Shown piece by piece: positions 46,085 to 59,386 of a DNA stretch of 64,000 bases. The position numbers and the translations under genes are program-made. A model generated the notes under the pieces. It was not told the DNA's origin and ran no database searches. It was given only the letters and a program-made list of their open reading frames with translations. This DNA comes from Octopus sinensis. Its lineage: Eukaryota. Each line of letters begins with the position of its first letter. The stretch's first letter is position 1. Location of the stretch: the NCBI RefSeq assembly GCF_006345805.1, contig NC_043011.1, positions 6,510,001 through 6,574,000 on the forward strand. The letters run 5' to 3'.

Positions 46085-48430
46085 GGTGATTTTATGTGCC
46101 ACCGACACAGGTGCCAGACGAGGCTGGCGAACGGCCACGCTCGGATGGTGTTTTTATGTGCCAACGACACAGGTGCCAGACGAGGCTGGCAGACGCCCAC
46201 GCTCGGATGGTGTTTTTATGTGCCACCGACACAGGTGCCAGATGAGGCTGGCGGACGGCCACGATCGATGGTGTTTGTTACGTCCCCAAAGCACGGAGGC
46301 CAGTCTATGCGGTACTGGCTACGGCCACGTTCGGATGATTTTCTTGTGTGCCACCGGCACTGGTACCAGAAAGATACAAATTCCATTGATGTTCATCTAT
46401 TTTGATTTGTTTTGATTTGATTTTCACTTGCCTCAACAGGTCTTCACAAGTGTCACAAGAAGGAAGGTATGCACAGGTGGACTGACTACGTCCCAGGTAG
46501 GGGCCACGCGGTTATGGCCTGACTAGTCTTGCCGGGTCTTCGGTTGGTGTTTTTATGTGCCACCGACACAGGTGCCAGATGAGGCTGGCGAACGGCCACG
46601 ATCGGATGGTGTTTGTTATGTGCCACGTCACAGAGGCCAGAGATGCGGTACTGGCTACGGCCACGTTCGGATGGTTTTCTTGTGTGCCAACGGTACTGGT
46701 ACCACAAAGACACAAATTCCATTGATGTTCATCTATTTTGATTTGGTTTGATTTGATTTGATTTGATTTTGATTTTCACTGCCTCAACAGGTCTACACAA
46801 GTGTCACACACTTGCCTCAACAGGTCTTCACAAGTGTCATAAGTAGGAAGGTATGCATAGGTGGACTGACTACGTCGCCGGGTCTTCGGATGGTGTTTTT
46901 ATGTGCACCGACACAGGTGCCAGATGACTGGGCGAACGGCCACGATCAGATGGTGTTTGTTGTGCCCACAGCACGGAGGCCAGTCGATGCGGTACTGGCT
47001 ACGGCCACGTTCGGATGGTTTTCTTGTGTGCCACCGGTACTGGAACCACAAAGATACAAATTCATTGATGTTCATCTATTTTGATTTGGATTGATTTGAT
47101 TTTCACTTGCCTCAACAGGTCTTCACAAGTGTCACACACTTGCCTCAACAGGTCTCCACAAGTGTCACACACTTGCCTCAGCCTCAACAGGTCTTCACAA
47201 GTGTCACACACTTGCCTCAACAGGTCTTCACAAGTGTCATAAGAGGGAAGGTATGCACAGGTGGACTGACTACGTCGCCGGGTCTTCGGATGGTGTCTTT
47301 TTATGTGCCACCGACACAGGTGCCAGATGAGGCTGGCGAACGGCCACGATCGGATGGTGTGTGTTGTGCCCACAGCACGGAGGCCAGTCGATGCGGTACT
47401 GGCTACGGCCACGTTCGGATGGTTTTCTTGTGTGCCACCGGTACTGGAACCACAAGATACAAATTCCAATGATGTTCATCTATTTTGATTTGGTTTGATT
47501 TTGATTTTGATTTTCACTTGCCTCAACAGGTCTTCACAGTGTCACACACTTGCCTCAACAGGTCTCCACAAGTGTCACACACTTGCCTCTGCCTCAACAG
47601 GTCTTCACAAGTGTCACACACTTGCCTCAACAGGTCTTCACAAGTGTCATAAGAGGGAAGGTATGCACAGGTGGACTGACTACGTCGCCGGGTCTTCGAT
47701 GGTGTTTTTATGTGCCACCGACACAGGTGCCAGATGAGGCTGGTGAACGGCCACGATCGGATGGTGTGTGTTGTGCCACAGCACGGAGGCCAGTCGATGC
47801 GGTACTGGCTACGGCCACGTTCGGATGGTTTTCTTGTGTGCCACCGGTACTGGAACCACAAAGATACAAATTCCATTGATGTTCATCTATTTTGATTGGT
47901 TTGATTTTGATTTTGATTTTCACTTGCCTCAACAGGTCTTCACAAGTGTCACACACTTGCCTCAACAGGTCTCCACAAGTGTCACACACTTGCCTCTGCC
48001 TCAACAGGTCTTCACAAGTGTCACACACTTGCCTCAACAGGTCTTCACAAGTGTCATAAGAGGGAAGGTATGCACAGGTGGACTGACTACGTCGCGGGTC
48101 TTCGGATGGTGTCTTTATGTGCCACCGACACAGGTGCCAGATGAGGCTGGTGAATGGCCACGATCGATGGATGGTGTTTGTTGTGCCCACAGCACGGAGG
48201 CCAGTCGATGCGGTACTGGCTACGGCCACGTTTGGGTGGTTTTCTTGTGTGCCACCGGCACTGGTACCAAAAGAATACAATTCCACTGATGTTCATCTAT
48301 TTTGATTTGTTTTGATTTGATTTCCACTTGCCTCAACAGGTCTTCATAAGTGTCACAAGAAGGAAGGTATGCACAGGAGGACTGACTATGTCCCAGGTAG
48401 GGGCCATGGGTTATGGCCTGACTAGTCTTG
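46085..48430. repeat. Hierarchical tandem array: six units of 337-410 bp made of an RTE 3' end plus SINE-C subrepeats, each with 1-4 copies of a 33-bp subrepeat
   Basis: Anchor GTTCATCTATTTTGATT at about 46391, 46728, 47069, 47474, 47881 and 48291. Confidence 0.92.
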
Positions 48431-49570
48431 CCGGGTCTTCTCACGCACAGCATACTTCCATAGGTCTCGGTCTCTAGACATTTCCTTAGTGAGACCTAAA
48501 GTTCGAAGGTCGTGCTTCACCACCTCATCCCAGGTTTTCCTGGGTCTACCTCTTCCACAGGTTCCCTCAACTGCTAGGGTGTAGCACTTTTGCACACAAC
48601 TATCTTCAGCCATTCTCATCACATGACCATACCAGCGCAAACGTCTCTCTTGCACACCACAACTGACGCTTCTTAGGTTCAACTTTTCTCTCAAGGAACT
48701 TACACTCTGACGATTATGAACACTGACATTACACATCCATCGGAGCATACTGGCTTCATTTCTTGCGAGCTTACGCATATCCTCAGCAGTCACGGCCCAT
48801 GTTTCACTACCATGTAGCATGGCTGTACGTACACATGCATCATACAGTCTGCCTTTTACTCTGAGCGAGAGGCCTTTTGTCACCAGCAGGGTAAGAGCTC
48901 TCTAAACTTTGCCCAGGCTATTCTTACTCTAGCAGTTACACTTTCAGCACACCGCCCCCGCCTACTGACTTGGTCTCCTAGGTAGCGGAAGCTATCAACT
49001 ACTTCTAGTTTGTCTCCCTGGAACGTGGCAGAAGTTGGTCTCTGCACATTTCCAGTGTTTATTGCTCCTGAGCATTTGCCACAGACAAAAACTATTTTCC
49101 TAGTTAGCCTTCCTTTGACATTGCTGCACCTCTTATGTGTCCATAGCTTACACTTGGTGCATCTTATAGAGTTTCTACCTACACCTTTTTTACAGATCGA
49201 GCAGGCCATCTACCTGAAGGCGTATGTGATTGATCTACCTTCCTACTTATCAGGACTTTGGTTTTGGCTAGGTGATTCTAAGGCCCTTCGATTCTAATCC
49301 TTGTTTCCACACCTGAAACTTCTCCTCCAGTTCTGATAGTGACTCAGCAATTAGAGCAAGGTCATCAGCATAGAGGAGCTCCCAGGGGCAACCTGTCTTG
49401 AATTCCTCCGTTATTGCCTGGAGGACTATGATAAATAGGAGGGGACTGAGGACTGAACCTTGGAGGACCCCAACCTCTACCCGGAATTCTTCACTGTACT
49501 CGTTGCCAACCCTCACCTTACTAGCAGCGTCTCTGTACATGGCTTGCACAGCTCTCACCAACCATTCTTC
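48326..49570 (-). mobile_element. 5'-truncated RTE LINE (RT C-terminal half and 3' UTR)
   Basis: [40 protein letters not shown] and KGRLYDACVRTAMLHGSETW...VREKTRQD*. Confidence 0.93.
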
Positions 49571-49582
49571 TATCCCTAATGC

Positions 49583-49613
<31 letters not shown>

Positions 49614-49618
49614 GCATA

Positions 49619-49664
<46 letters not shown>

Positions 49665-49875
49665 CACACACACATATATATACATACATACACACACATA
49701 TATATACATACAACATATACATATATATATACATACACACATATATACATATATACACACACACACATATATATACATATATACACACACACACATATAT
49801 ATACATATGTATATATATATATATATATTATATATATATATATATTATATATATACATATATATATATATACATA

Positions 49876-49934
<59 letters not shown>

Positions 49935-49940
<6 letters not shown>

Positions 49941-50140
49941 TAATCCAAACAAGAAAACAAAAAGACAACAACGCAAGGATGTGGAACAATAAAGTATTAT
50001 TGGGCGCTCAGGAAAAAGGGAAGAAGGAGGGTATGACGTTTCGAGCGGAGCTCTTCGTCGGAAACATAGAAGAAAGAAAGATCCCGAGGTGGGAGGACAG
50101 AGGGAAAAAAAATGCAAGTGGTCTTCACGAGGTCAACATA
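49935..50140 (-). mobile_element. Short element with a minimal hammerhead-like motif (50031-50066) and canonical GUC triplet
   Basis: GUUU-CCGACGA-A-GAGC(UCC)GCUC-GAAAC-GUC^AUAC. Abuts a (TA)n tract. Confidence 0.75.
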
Positions 50141-50299
50141 CTGAAAAGGCAGAAGTGGTAAACAAGAGGGAGCAGGTTTTCAAAGACAAGAGAGCGGAAA
50201 AAGAAGGAATGGTAAACAACGGTGTGCGAGGTGACAAGGGCGTGTGTGTGTATGTGTGTATATGGTGGGTGAAGGCTAGTGGCAAGCAGCAGTAGCGAG

Positions 50300-51220
50300 T
50301 CACAGGTCAGAAACAAGAAGGAATGTGTGTGTGCGTGTATATGTCTCGTGTGTGTGTTTTGTTGTAGTATGTGTGTGTGTACGTGTGCGTTTTTTTTGTG
50401 TATGGCGAGTAACTGTGCTTAACTAAGTGTATGTGTGAGTGTGCTTATATGTGCGTATATGTATAATTGTGTGCATGTATGTATGTGTGCGTGCATATGT
50501 GTGCACATGTTTTGGTGTGCGTATGTATGTGTGTGTCTGTGCTTATATGTGTGTACGTATGTGTATGTGTGCGTGTGTGTGGAGGTATATGTTGCGTGTA
50601 TGTATGTGAATTTGTGTGTGTTTGTACGTGTGTAAGTGTGTGTGCGTGTATTGTATATATATATATGTAAATGTGTGTGTAAGTGCGTGGGAGTGAATGT
50701 ATGTGCGTGTGTGTACAAAATGTAGGGGTATTATATGTGTGTTTATATGTTTATATGTGTGTATATATATGCATGCAAGTGTGTGTGTAGGTATGTGTGT
50801 GTGTATGTATGTGTGAGTATGTATGTCCGTGTGTATGTGTGTCCGTATGAGTGTATGTAAGTATGTGTGTGTGTATGTGTGTATGATTGATTTTTTTGAT
50901 TGATTCTAGTTTCAGCTCATGAGCTGTGGCCATGCTGGGGCACCGCCATATGTATGTATGTGTGTGTGTATGTGTGTGTGTATGTATGTATGTGTATGTG
51001 TGGAAGTGTGTGTGTGTATGTATGTATGTGTGCATGCTTGTGTGTGTGTATGTATGCATGTATGCATGCATGTGCATATGTATGTGTGTGTGTGTGTGTG
51101 CATGTGTGTAAGTATATGTGTATGTGCGTATATGTGTGTGTGTATGTATGTGTGTAAGCGTGTGTGTATAAGTGTATGTGTGTATGTATGTGTGTATGTA
51201 TGTATACACGTTCACTCATA
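50300..51220. repeat. Degenerate (TG)n/(TATG)n low-complexity tract
   Basis: Direct reading of the sequence. Confidence 0.9.
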
Positions 51221-53266
51221 AGGAAAGGTATGGTGAAAGCTGTAAGATGTCATGCATTGTGATGACCGTGTCTCTCCGTCCCCAGGGCCACAGGATTACA
51301 AAGTAGATCTCTTAATTAATTGGCCAGTCCAGTGTCCAAGATGAAAAGTATGTGGACCTTAACTGCAGTTTCAAAGGCCTAGCCTCAACTTGACCAACGC
51401 CTTAAAAGTAAAGCTTCACAAATGGAAACTGTAAGGAACCTTATTTATATATATTCACTGCTGTTAAGGACACCATGTTTCGTTTTGCAACCATAATATG
51501 CAACCAAGCATGATAAAGGTTCATAAGTCGATACTGCGTCCTGCATTTCGGTTTAGCAGTACAACTGTTTCCATTTCTAAGTGAATCTCTACAAATTCTC
51601 TATAGATATTAGAGCCAGCACTGAAAGTGACAATATATTGTATACAAATATGTTTATGTAAACAATGCAAGCAAAGATTGAGAAAATAAGTGATGTATAT
51701 ACATATTTCAAGAGTTATTGCTCTCTCATCAGCACCAAATCCAATCCATTAACCATCCACATGGTAAGTGTAATATGGTTGTATAATGAAAAAATATGGT
51801 GTCCCGACCAGCAATTAACATATATGTGCCTGTTGTCAGAAATGTGCTTATTGTGTAAGATTGGTCAATACAATTATGTTAGACCGCCATATTTGGTGGT
51901 TATTTAAGCAATGTGTTCATGGATGGTCAATAAGGAGCAAGAACCCTCAAAACTCATTGCCTAATTTTCTATCTTCAATTGTATTGTTTACATTGAGGCA
52001 TTTTAATATGAAATGTCATAACTGATAGTGACGGCTTTAAATTCCATAGAATTAGTGTGTGTGTGTGGTATAGACTTGCATAAACAATATACCCTGAAGC
52101 CCAGCTGCTCAATGTGCAAAGATGAGTGGAATGACCACTGATATTTGAAAACAAATACTGGCACAAAGAAGGCCATCTGGTCAAAGACTATTGCCTCTAG
52201 AAGAGACGTTTTGTCCAACCCATGTCAGCATGAAAAAAACTGGATGTTAAATGATGACAAGGGCTGGATGGGTGGATGTCTGCACACCCACATCAACATT
52301 TGCTTACTCAGTTTTTACACCCAATTTTTGCAACCACCATGGGGCTAAATGAATGGTTCTCAACCATTGTTTTACATATGGACCCCTTTGATTCCTGTCC
52401 TACTCTACCAGACCCTCTACCCTACCAAACAAGGTTTAAAAGATCCTTTTGTATTTTTATATTATTTGGATTTGTATATAAATAAAAAGTAGCTGAAATC
52501 TGTTGTGTATTGTTGAAGTCCAATTTATTGCAGACAAAGTTTAGCAACAAACACTTATACAGACCCCCCACCCAGGGTCAGATGGACCCTGATTGAGAAC
52601 CACTGAGTTTGATGAGTATTAATGAGGCCCAGTTTTCCACAGCTGGATGGAGGACCTTCCTGCAGCTAACCCTTTCTTTGTTTTCAAGTAAAGAGTCTTA
52701 TTCCTTATGTCTTTGATGCAGCAAAAACCAGCAGACAATTACCAAGGAAAATGACAACAGAGTCCTTGCTTATTTCTGAGTAATTTCCAGGGAGCCACAA
52801 CTGTAGACAAACAGTTACCCACTTACATGATGGGCTTCTTTCAGTTTCCATTAACCAAATCCACTCACAAAGCATGGTTGTACAAGGGCTGCAGAAGAAG
52901 ACATTAGCCTGAGATGTCACGCAGTGGGACTGAACCGTAAACCATGTGGTTACAAGGCAAGTGTCTTATCACCCAGCCATGCAATGAACGAGGATGTTCG
53001 TTTAGGTCTGTAAAGGTTTAGGGATCTAAAAACAGTTCGAGCGATGGAGGGGTGTGAAGATGCGTCAGTAAGACTGTGTAGTTGGAGTCTGTGTGTGTGT
53101 GTGTGTGTGATGGAGGAAAACAACGGAAACATTAACTCTCTCTGTGTTCCCCCACCATTGAACAATTGTGGCTGGTAGGACGAAGCTTTCCTTCCCTGCC
53201 ACCCCCACACGAAACGTTTCATGAAAGCGTATACACGCTTTTCTGTTGAAAGTATACACATATAAA

Positions 53267-53352
<86 letters not shown>

Positions 53353-53583
53353 GAGAGAGAATATAGCTCCACTCCTACACACACACACACTGCTGCTTCC
53401 TAAATGAGTCAGTCACTTTTAAATGCTTCCCCTCTCCATTGGGAATGTGCGTGTGTGCATGCACACATATATATATACACACACACACATATATATATAT
53501 ACACACACACACATATATATATATACACACACACACATATATATTATATATATATATATATATACATACATTTATATATATAC

Positions 53584-53614
<31 letters not shown>

Positions 53615-53632
53615 CATATATATAATATAACA

Positions 53633-53676
<44 letters not shown>

Positions 53677-53779
53677 CATACATATATATACAATATATAT
53701 CATACATATATATACATATATATATATACATACATAAATATACACACATATACACATACATATACATACATACACATAC

Positions 53780-55004
53780 ATACATATACACATACACATA
53801 TTACTATAATATAATAATATATATGTGTATGTGGTTTGTGAGGCAAACAACAGGAAGGCAAAACTCAAAACATGAGTGAAATGTGTGTGGTGTGTGTGTA
53901 ATTGATATTTAGCAGAAGAGAGTGACTCAAGGGCGAAGAGTTCGCTTGTTAGCATTTACATGAAACTCTCAACTCTTGAGTCACTCTGTTGTTTCTACTC
54001 TACCACTCTTTACTCATCAATCACACTTCATTCTGAAACAAATGCATATGAGTTCTACACCAGGTTATTAGTCTTCTTGTAATGCCTAAACAAAAAATAC
54101 CCACACATATATATATAGATATATATATATAGCCTGGTACAGCCTTCTAGCTTGCCAGTCCTCAGTCAAACATCCACCCATGCCAGCATGAAAGCAGGCG
54201 TTTAAACAACGATGATGATGATGATGATATATATATTATAATATATTATATATATATATATATATAGGCGAGCTGGCAGAACCGTTAGCACAGCGGGCGA
54301 AATGCGTAGCGGTATTTCGTCTGCGTTACGTTGTGAGTTCAAATTCCGCCGAGGTCGACTTTGCCTTTCATCCTTTCGGGTCGATAAATTAAGTACCAGT
54401 TACGCACTGGGGTCGATGTGATCGACTTAATACCTATGTCTGTCCTGGTTTGTCCCCTCTGTGTTTAGCTCCTTGTGGGTAATAAAGAAATATATATATA
54501 TATATATACACAACAGAGTAAGCACATAAATGTGAAGCAGGGTGAGAAAGAAATAGTACTCGACTACCAGAGGTAGAGTCGTATGCTTTATTAATAAAGC
54601 TGCAAAGACACCACAAAAAACTGTTTGAGTTTCAATTTCTTGTTTGTCAGTCAGTTGTGATTAAGAATGGAACAAGAGTTAAGGTTATACTTATAAAATA
54701 TGATACTTATAATTTGTATATATATATATATAGGTATAGGAATGGCTGTGTGGTAAGTAGTTTGCTTATGAACCACATGGTTCTGGGTTCAGTCCCACTG
54801 TGTGGCACCTTGGGCAAGTGTTTTCTACTATATATTTCTTTATTGCCCACAAGGGGCTAAACATAGAGGGGACAAACAAGGACAGACAAACGGATTAAGT
54901 CGATTACATCGACCCCAGTGTGTAACTGGTCTTCTACTATAGCCTCAGGCCGACCAAAGCCTTGTCAGTGGATTTGGTAGACAGAAACTGAAAGAAGCCT
55001 GTCG

Positions 55005-55071
<67 letters not shown>

Positions 55072-56317
55072 GTATGTTTGTGTGTCTATGTTTGTCCCCT
55101 GGCATTGCTTGACAATCGATGCTGGTGTGTTTACGTCCCCGTCACTTAGCGGTTCGGCAAAAGAGACTGATAGAATAAGTACTAGGCTTACAAAGAATAA
55201 GTCCTGGGGTTGATTTGCTCAACTAAAGGCGATGCTCCAGCATGGCCACAGTCAAATGACTGAAACAAGTAAAAGAGTAAAAGAGAATATATACACACAC
55301 ACACACACATATATATATATACACACATACACTCACACATTACATGTACACACTTGCACGTGTATGCACAAAGCCTTTGTGTATCTCCCCAGCCCCCCCC
55401 GTCACCATCTTGCTCCTACCACTACACTATTACATCTGATACCACCACCACCGACAGACGTTGGAGGCGGAGTAACTCTTTCAGTCTACTCCTCCCCCAC
55501 ACATGTATCTGTGTGTGTGTGTGTGTGTGTGTGTGTAAGTGCACATGTATGTTTATATGTGCATCTGTTACAGTTGATTGGTGTGTCTAAGTTATAGGTT
55601 GTTGTGGGATGTATATGCTGTGTGTATAATAACAATGGTATATAAGTGCGTTTGATGCGTGAGGGGTCTAATAGATGAGTGTCACACTCTNNNNNNNNNN
55701 NNNNNNNNNNNNNNNNNNNNNNNNNNNNNNNNNNNNNNNNNNNNNNNNNNNNNNNNNNNNNNNNNNNNNNNNNNNNNNNNNNNNNNNNNNATATATATAC
55801 ATATATATATATACATACATAAATATACACACATATACACATACATATACATACATACACATACATACATATACACATACACATATATATATATATATAT
55901 ATATATGTGTATGTGGTTTGGTGAGGCAAACAACAGGAAAGGCAAAACTCAAAACATGAGTGAAATGTGTGTGTGTGTGTGTGTAATTGATATTTAGCAG
56001 AAGAGAGTGACTCAAGGGCGAAGAGTTTCGCTTGTTAGCATTTACATGAAACTCTCAACTCTTGAGTCACTCTGTTGTTTCTACTCTACCACTCTTTACT
56101 CATCAATCACACTTCATTCTGAAACAAATGCATATTGAGTTCTACACCAGGTTATTAGTCTTCTTGTAATGCCTAAACAAAAAATACCCACACACATATA
56201 TATATAGATATATATATATAGCCTGGTACAGCCTTCTAGCTTGCCAGTCCTCAGTCAAACCATCCAACCCATGCCAGCATGGAAAGCAGGCGTTAAACAA
56301 CGATGATGATGATGATG

Positions 56318-56360
<43 letters not shown>

Positions 56361-57097
56361 CGAGCTGGCAGAACCGTTAGCACAGCGGGCGAAATGCGTA
56401 GCGGTATTTCGTCTGCGTTACGTTGTGAGTTCAAATTCCGCCGAGGTCGACTTTGCCTTTCATCCTTTCGGGGTCGATAAATTAAGTACCAGTTACGCAC
56501 TGGGGTCGATGTGATCGACTTAATACCTATGTCTGTCCTTGTTTGTCCCCTCTGTGTTTAGCTCCTTGTGGGTAATAAAGAAATATATATATATATATAT
56601 ACACAACAGAGTAAGCACATAAATGTGAAGCAGGGTGAGAAAGAAATAGTACTCGACTACCAGAGGTAGAGTCGTATGCTTTATTAATAAAGCTGCAAAG
56701 ACACCACAAAAAACTGTTTGAGTTTCAATTTCTTGTTTGTCAGTCAGTTGTGATTAAGAATGGAACAAGAGTTAAGGTTATACTTATAAAATATGATACT
56801 TATAATTTGTATATATATATATATAGGTATAGGAATGGCTGTGTGGTAAGTAGTTTGCTTATGAACCACATGGTTCTGGGTTCAGTCCCACTGTGTGGCA
56901 CCTTGGGCAAGTGTTTTCTACTATATATTTCTTTATTGCCCACAAGGGGCTAAACATAGAGGGGACAAACAAGGACAGACAAACGGATTAAGTCGATTAC
57001 ATCGACCCCAGTGTGTAACTGGTCTTCTACTATAGCCTCAGGCCGACCAAAGCCTTGTCAGTGGATTTGGTAGACAGAAACTGAAAGAAGCCTGTCG

Positions 57098-57147
<50 letters not shown>

Positions 57148-57778
57148 GTGTGTGTGTGCGTGTGTATTTGTGTGTCTATTTTGTCCCTGGCATTGCTGAC
57201 AATCGATGCTGGTGTGTTTACGTCCCCGTCACTTAGCGGTTCGGCAAAAGAGACTGATAGAATAAGTACTAGGCTTACAAAGAAATAAGTCTGGGGTTGA
57301 TTTGCTCAACTAAAGGCGATGCTCCAGCATGGCCACAGTCAATGACTGAAACAAGTAAAAGAGTAAAAGAGAATATATACACACACACACACACATATAT
57401 ATAATACACCATACACTCACACATTACATGTACACACTTGCACGTGTATGCACAAAGCCTTTGTGTATCTCCCCAGCCCCCCCCGTCACCATCTTGCTCC
57501 TACCACTACACTATTACATCTGATACCACCACCACCGACAGACGTTGGAGGCGGAGTAACTCTTTCAGTCTACTCCTCCCCCACACATGTATCTGTGTGT
57601 GTGTGTGTGTGTGTGTGTGTAAGTGCACATGTATGTTTATATGTGCATCTGTTACAGTTGATTGGTGTGTCTAAGTTATAGGTTGTTGTGGGATGTATAA
57701 TGCTGTGTGTATAATAACAATGTGTATATAAGTGCGTTTGATGCGTGAGGGTATAATAGATGAGTGTCACACTCTCGG
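53780..57778. repeat. About 2-kb direct duplication straddling a 100-N assembly gap (55691-55790)
   Basis: The left contig ends AGATGAGTGTCACACTCT, which recurs at about 57760-57777 and continues there. The copies differ mainly by small indels. Confidence 0.92.
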
Positions 57779-57954
57779 ATAATGAGGGTGAGAGGGTAAA
57801 GGGTGTGCCATCTCCCACCCCCATCAAATCTGTTGCTTGCATCAATGCCGTCACCCCCTCCTCCTCCTCTCTCATCTTATTCATCTGGTCCCCCACCCCC
57901 CCAGCACTCTCCCCGTCACCTCTCTCTTAGAGTTTACAGTTGCTGGTACTATAG

Positions 57955-58022
57955 ACACATACACGCGCGCGCGCGCGGGGCGGTGGGTGGTGGATGGGTG
58001 GAGGTGGGGGGGTGGGGGGTGG
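57955..58022 (+). other. (CG)n alternating tract followed by a G-run cluster (Z-DNA / G-quadruplex potential)
   Basis: ACACGCGCGCGCGCGCGGGGCGGTGGGTGGTGGATGGGTGGAGGTGGGGGGGTGGGGGGTGG. Confidence 0.55.
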
Positions 58023-58345
58023 AGAACACGTGGTGTGTTGTATAGCGAGGAGGAGTGTTAGGAGGTACAGATGTGGAAGGAGAGGGAGATGAGTACTAGA
58101 CCAGAGAGGAGAAGGAAGAAGTGTTAGATGATGGGGGAGGTGGAGGAGGAGGAGGAAATAGAGGTGAGGGGGGGAGGAGAGTAGTAAGAGAAGGAAGCTA
58201 GAGTAAAATTGAAAACATGCAAAAATGGTCGGGGTGTGTGTATGTGTGTATGTATATATAATAAATATACATACACATATGTATATATATATACATACAC
58301 ATATGTATATATATATATTACACATATTAAATATATATATAACAA

Positions 58346-58383
<38 letters not shown>

Positions 58384-59386
58384 CACATACATATGTATAT
58401 ATATATACATATGTATATATAGATGTATATATATATAATACCTATATATATACAATATATATTATATATATACATACATATAATATAGACATACATCAGT
58501 ATATATACAACATACATACATGCACATATGTTAATATATATAATACACATATGTATATTATATTATATACACATATGTGTGTATATATATAATATATATA
58601 TACACATACATATATATAGTATATAGTACATATGTATATATATTATAATTATATATAATATATATATACATATATCTATACATGAATATATATATACATA
58701 TATATATACATATATCTATATATAAGCTACATATATATATATACATACATATGTATATATACATACATATGTTATATACATACATATTATCATCATCATC
58801 ATCGTCGTTTAACGTCCGTTCTCCATGCTAGCCATGGGTTGGACGGTTCGACGGGGTTCTGGGAAGCCAGAGGCTGCACCAGGCTCCAGTCTAATTTGGC
58901 AATGTTTCTACAGCTGGATGCCTTCCTAACGCCAACCACTCCGTGAGTGTAGTGGGTGCTTTTTACGTGCCACCGGCACAGTGGCCAGGCGGGCTGGCAA
59001 CGGCCACGGTCAGATGGGTGTATTTTATGTGCCACCGGCACGGAAGCCAGTCGAGCGGTGCTGGCATCGGCCACGAGTCGGATAGTGCTTTTTACGTACC
59101 ACCAGACCAGGGATCCGGTGGTTCAATTCGATTTCGATTTCGCTTGCCCCAACATGTCTTCACAAGCAAAGGGGGTTGGCAAGGTGCCTGTCGTACGGTC
59201 GCATTGGTAATTTTACGTGCCACGGCCCCGAGTCGGATAGTGCTTTTTACGTACCACCAGGCCAGGGATCCTGGCTGGTTCAATTCGGTTCGTTTTCGAT
59301 TTCGATTTCGCTTGCCCCAACATGTCTTCGCAAGCATGGGGGGTTGGGATGGGTGTCTGTCGTCGGATGAGGTTCTATATACTACT

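Noticed and set aside
47100-48060. 33-bp direct repeats resembling a CRISPR array
   Set aside because: The repeats are head-to-tail with no unique spacers, derive from an RTE 3' UTR, and sit in a eukaryotic intron with no cas genes.
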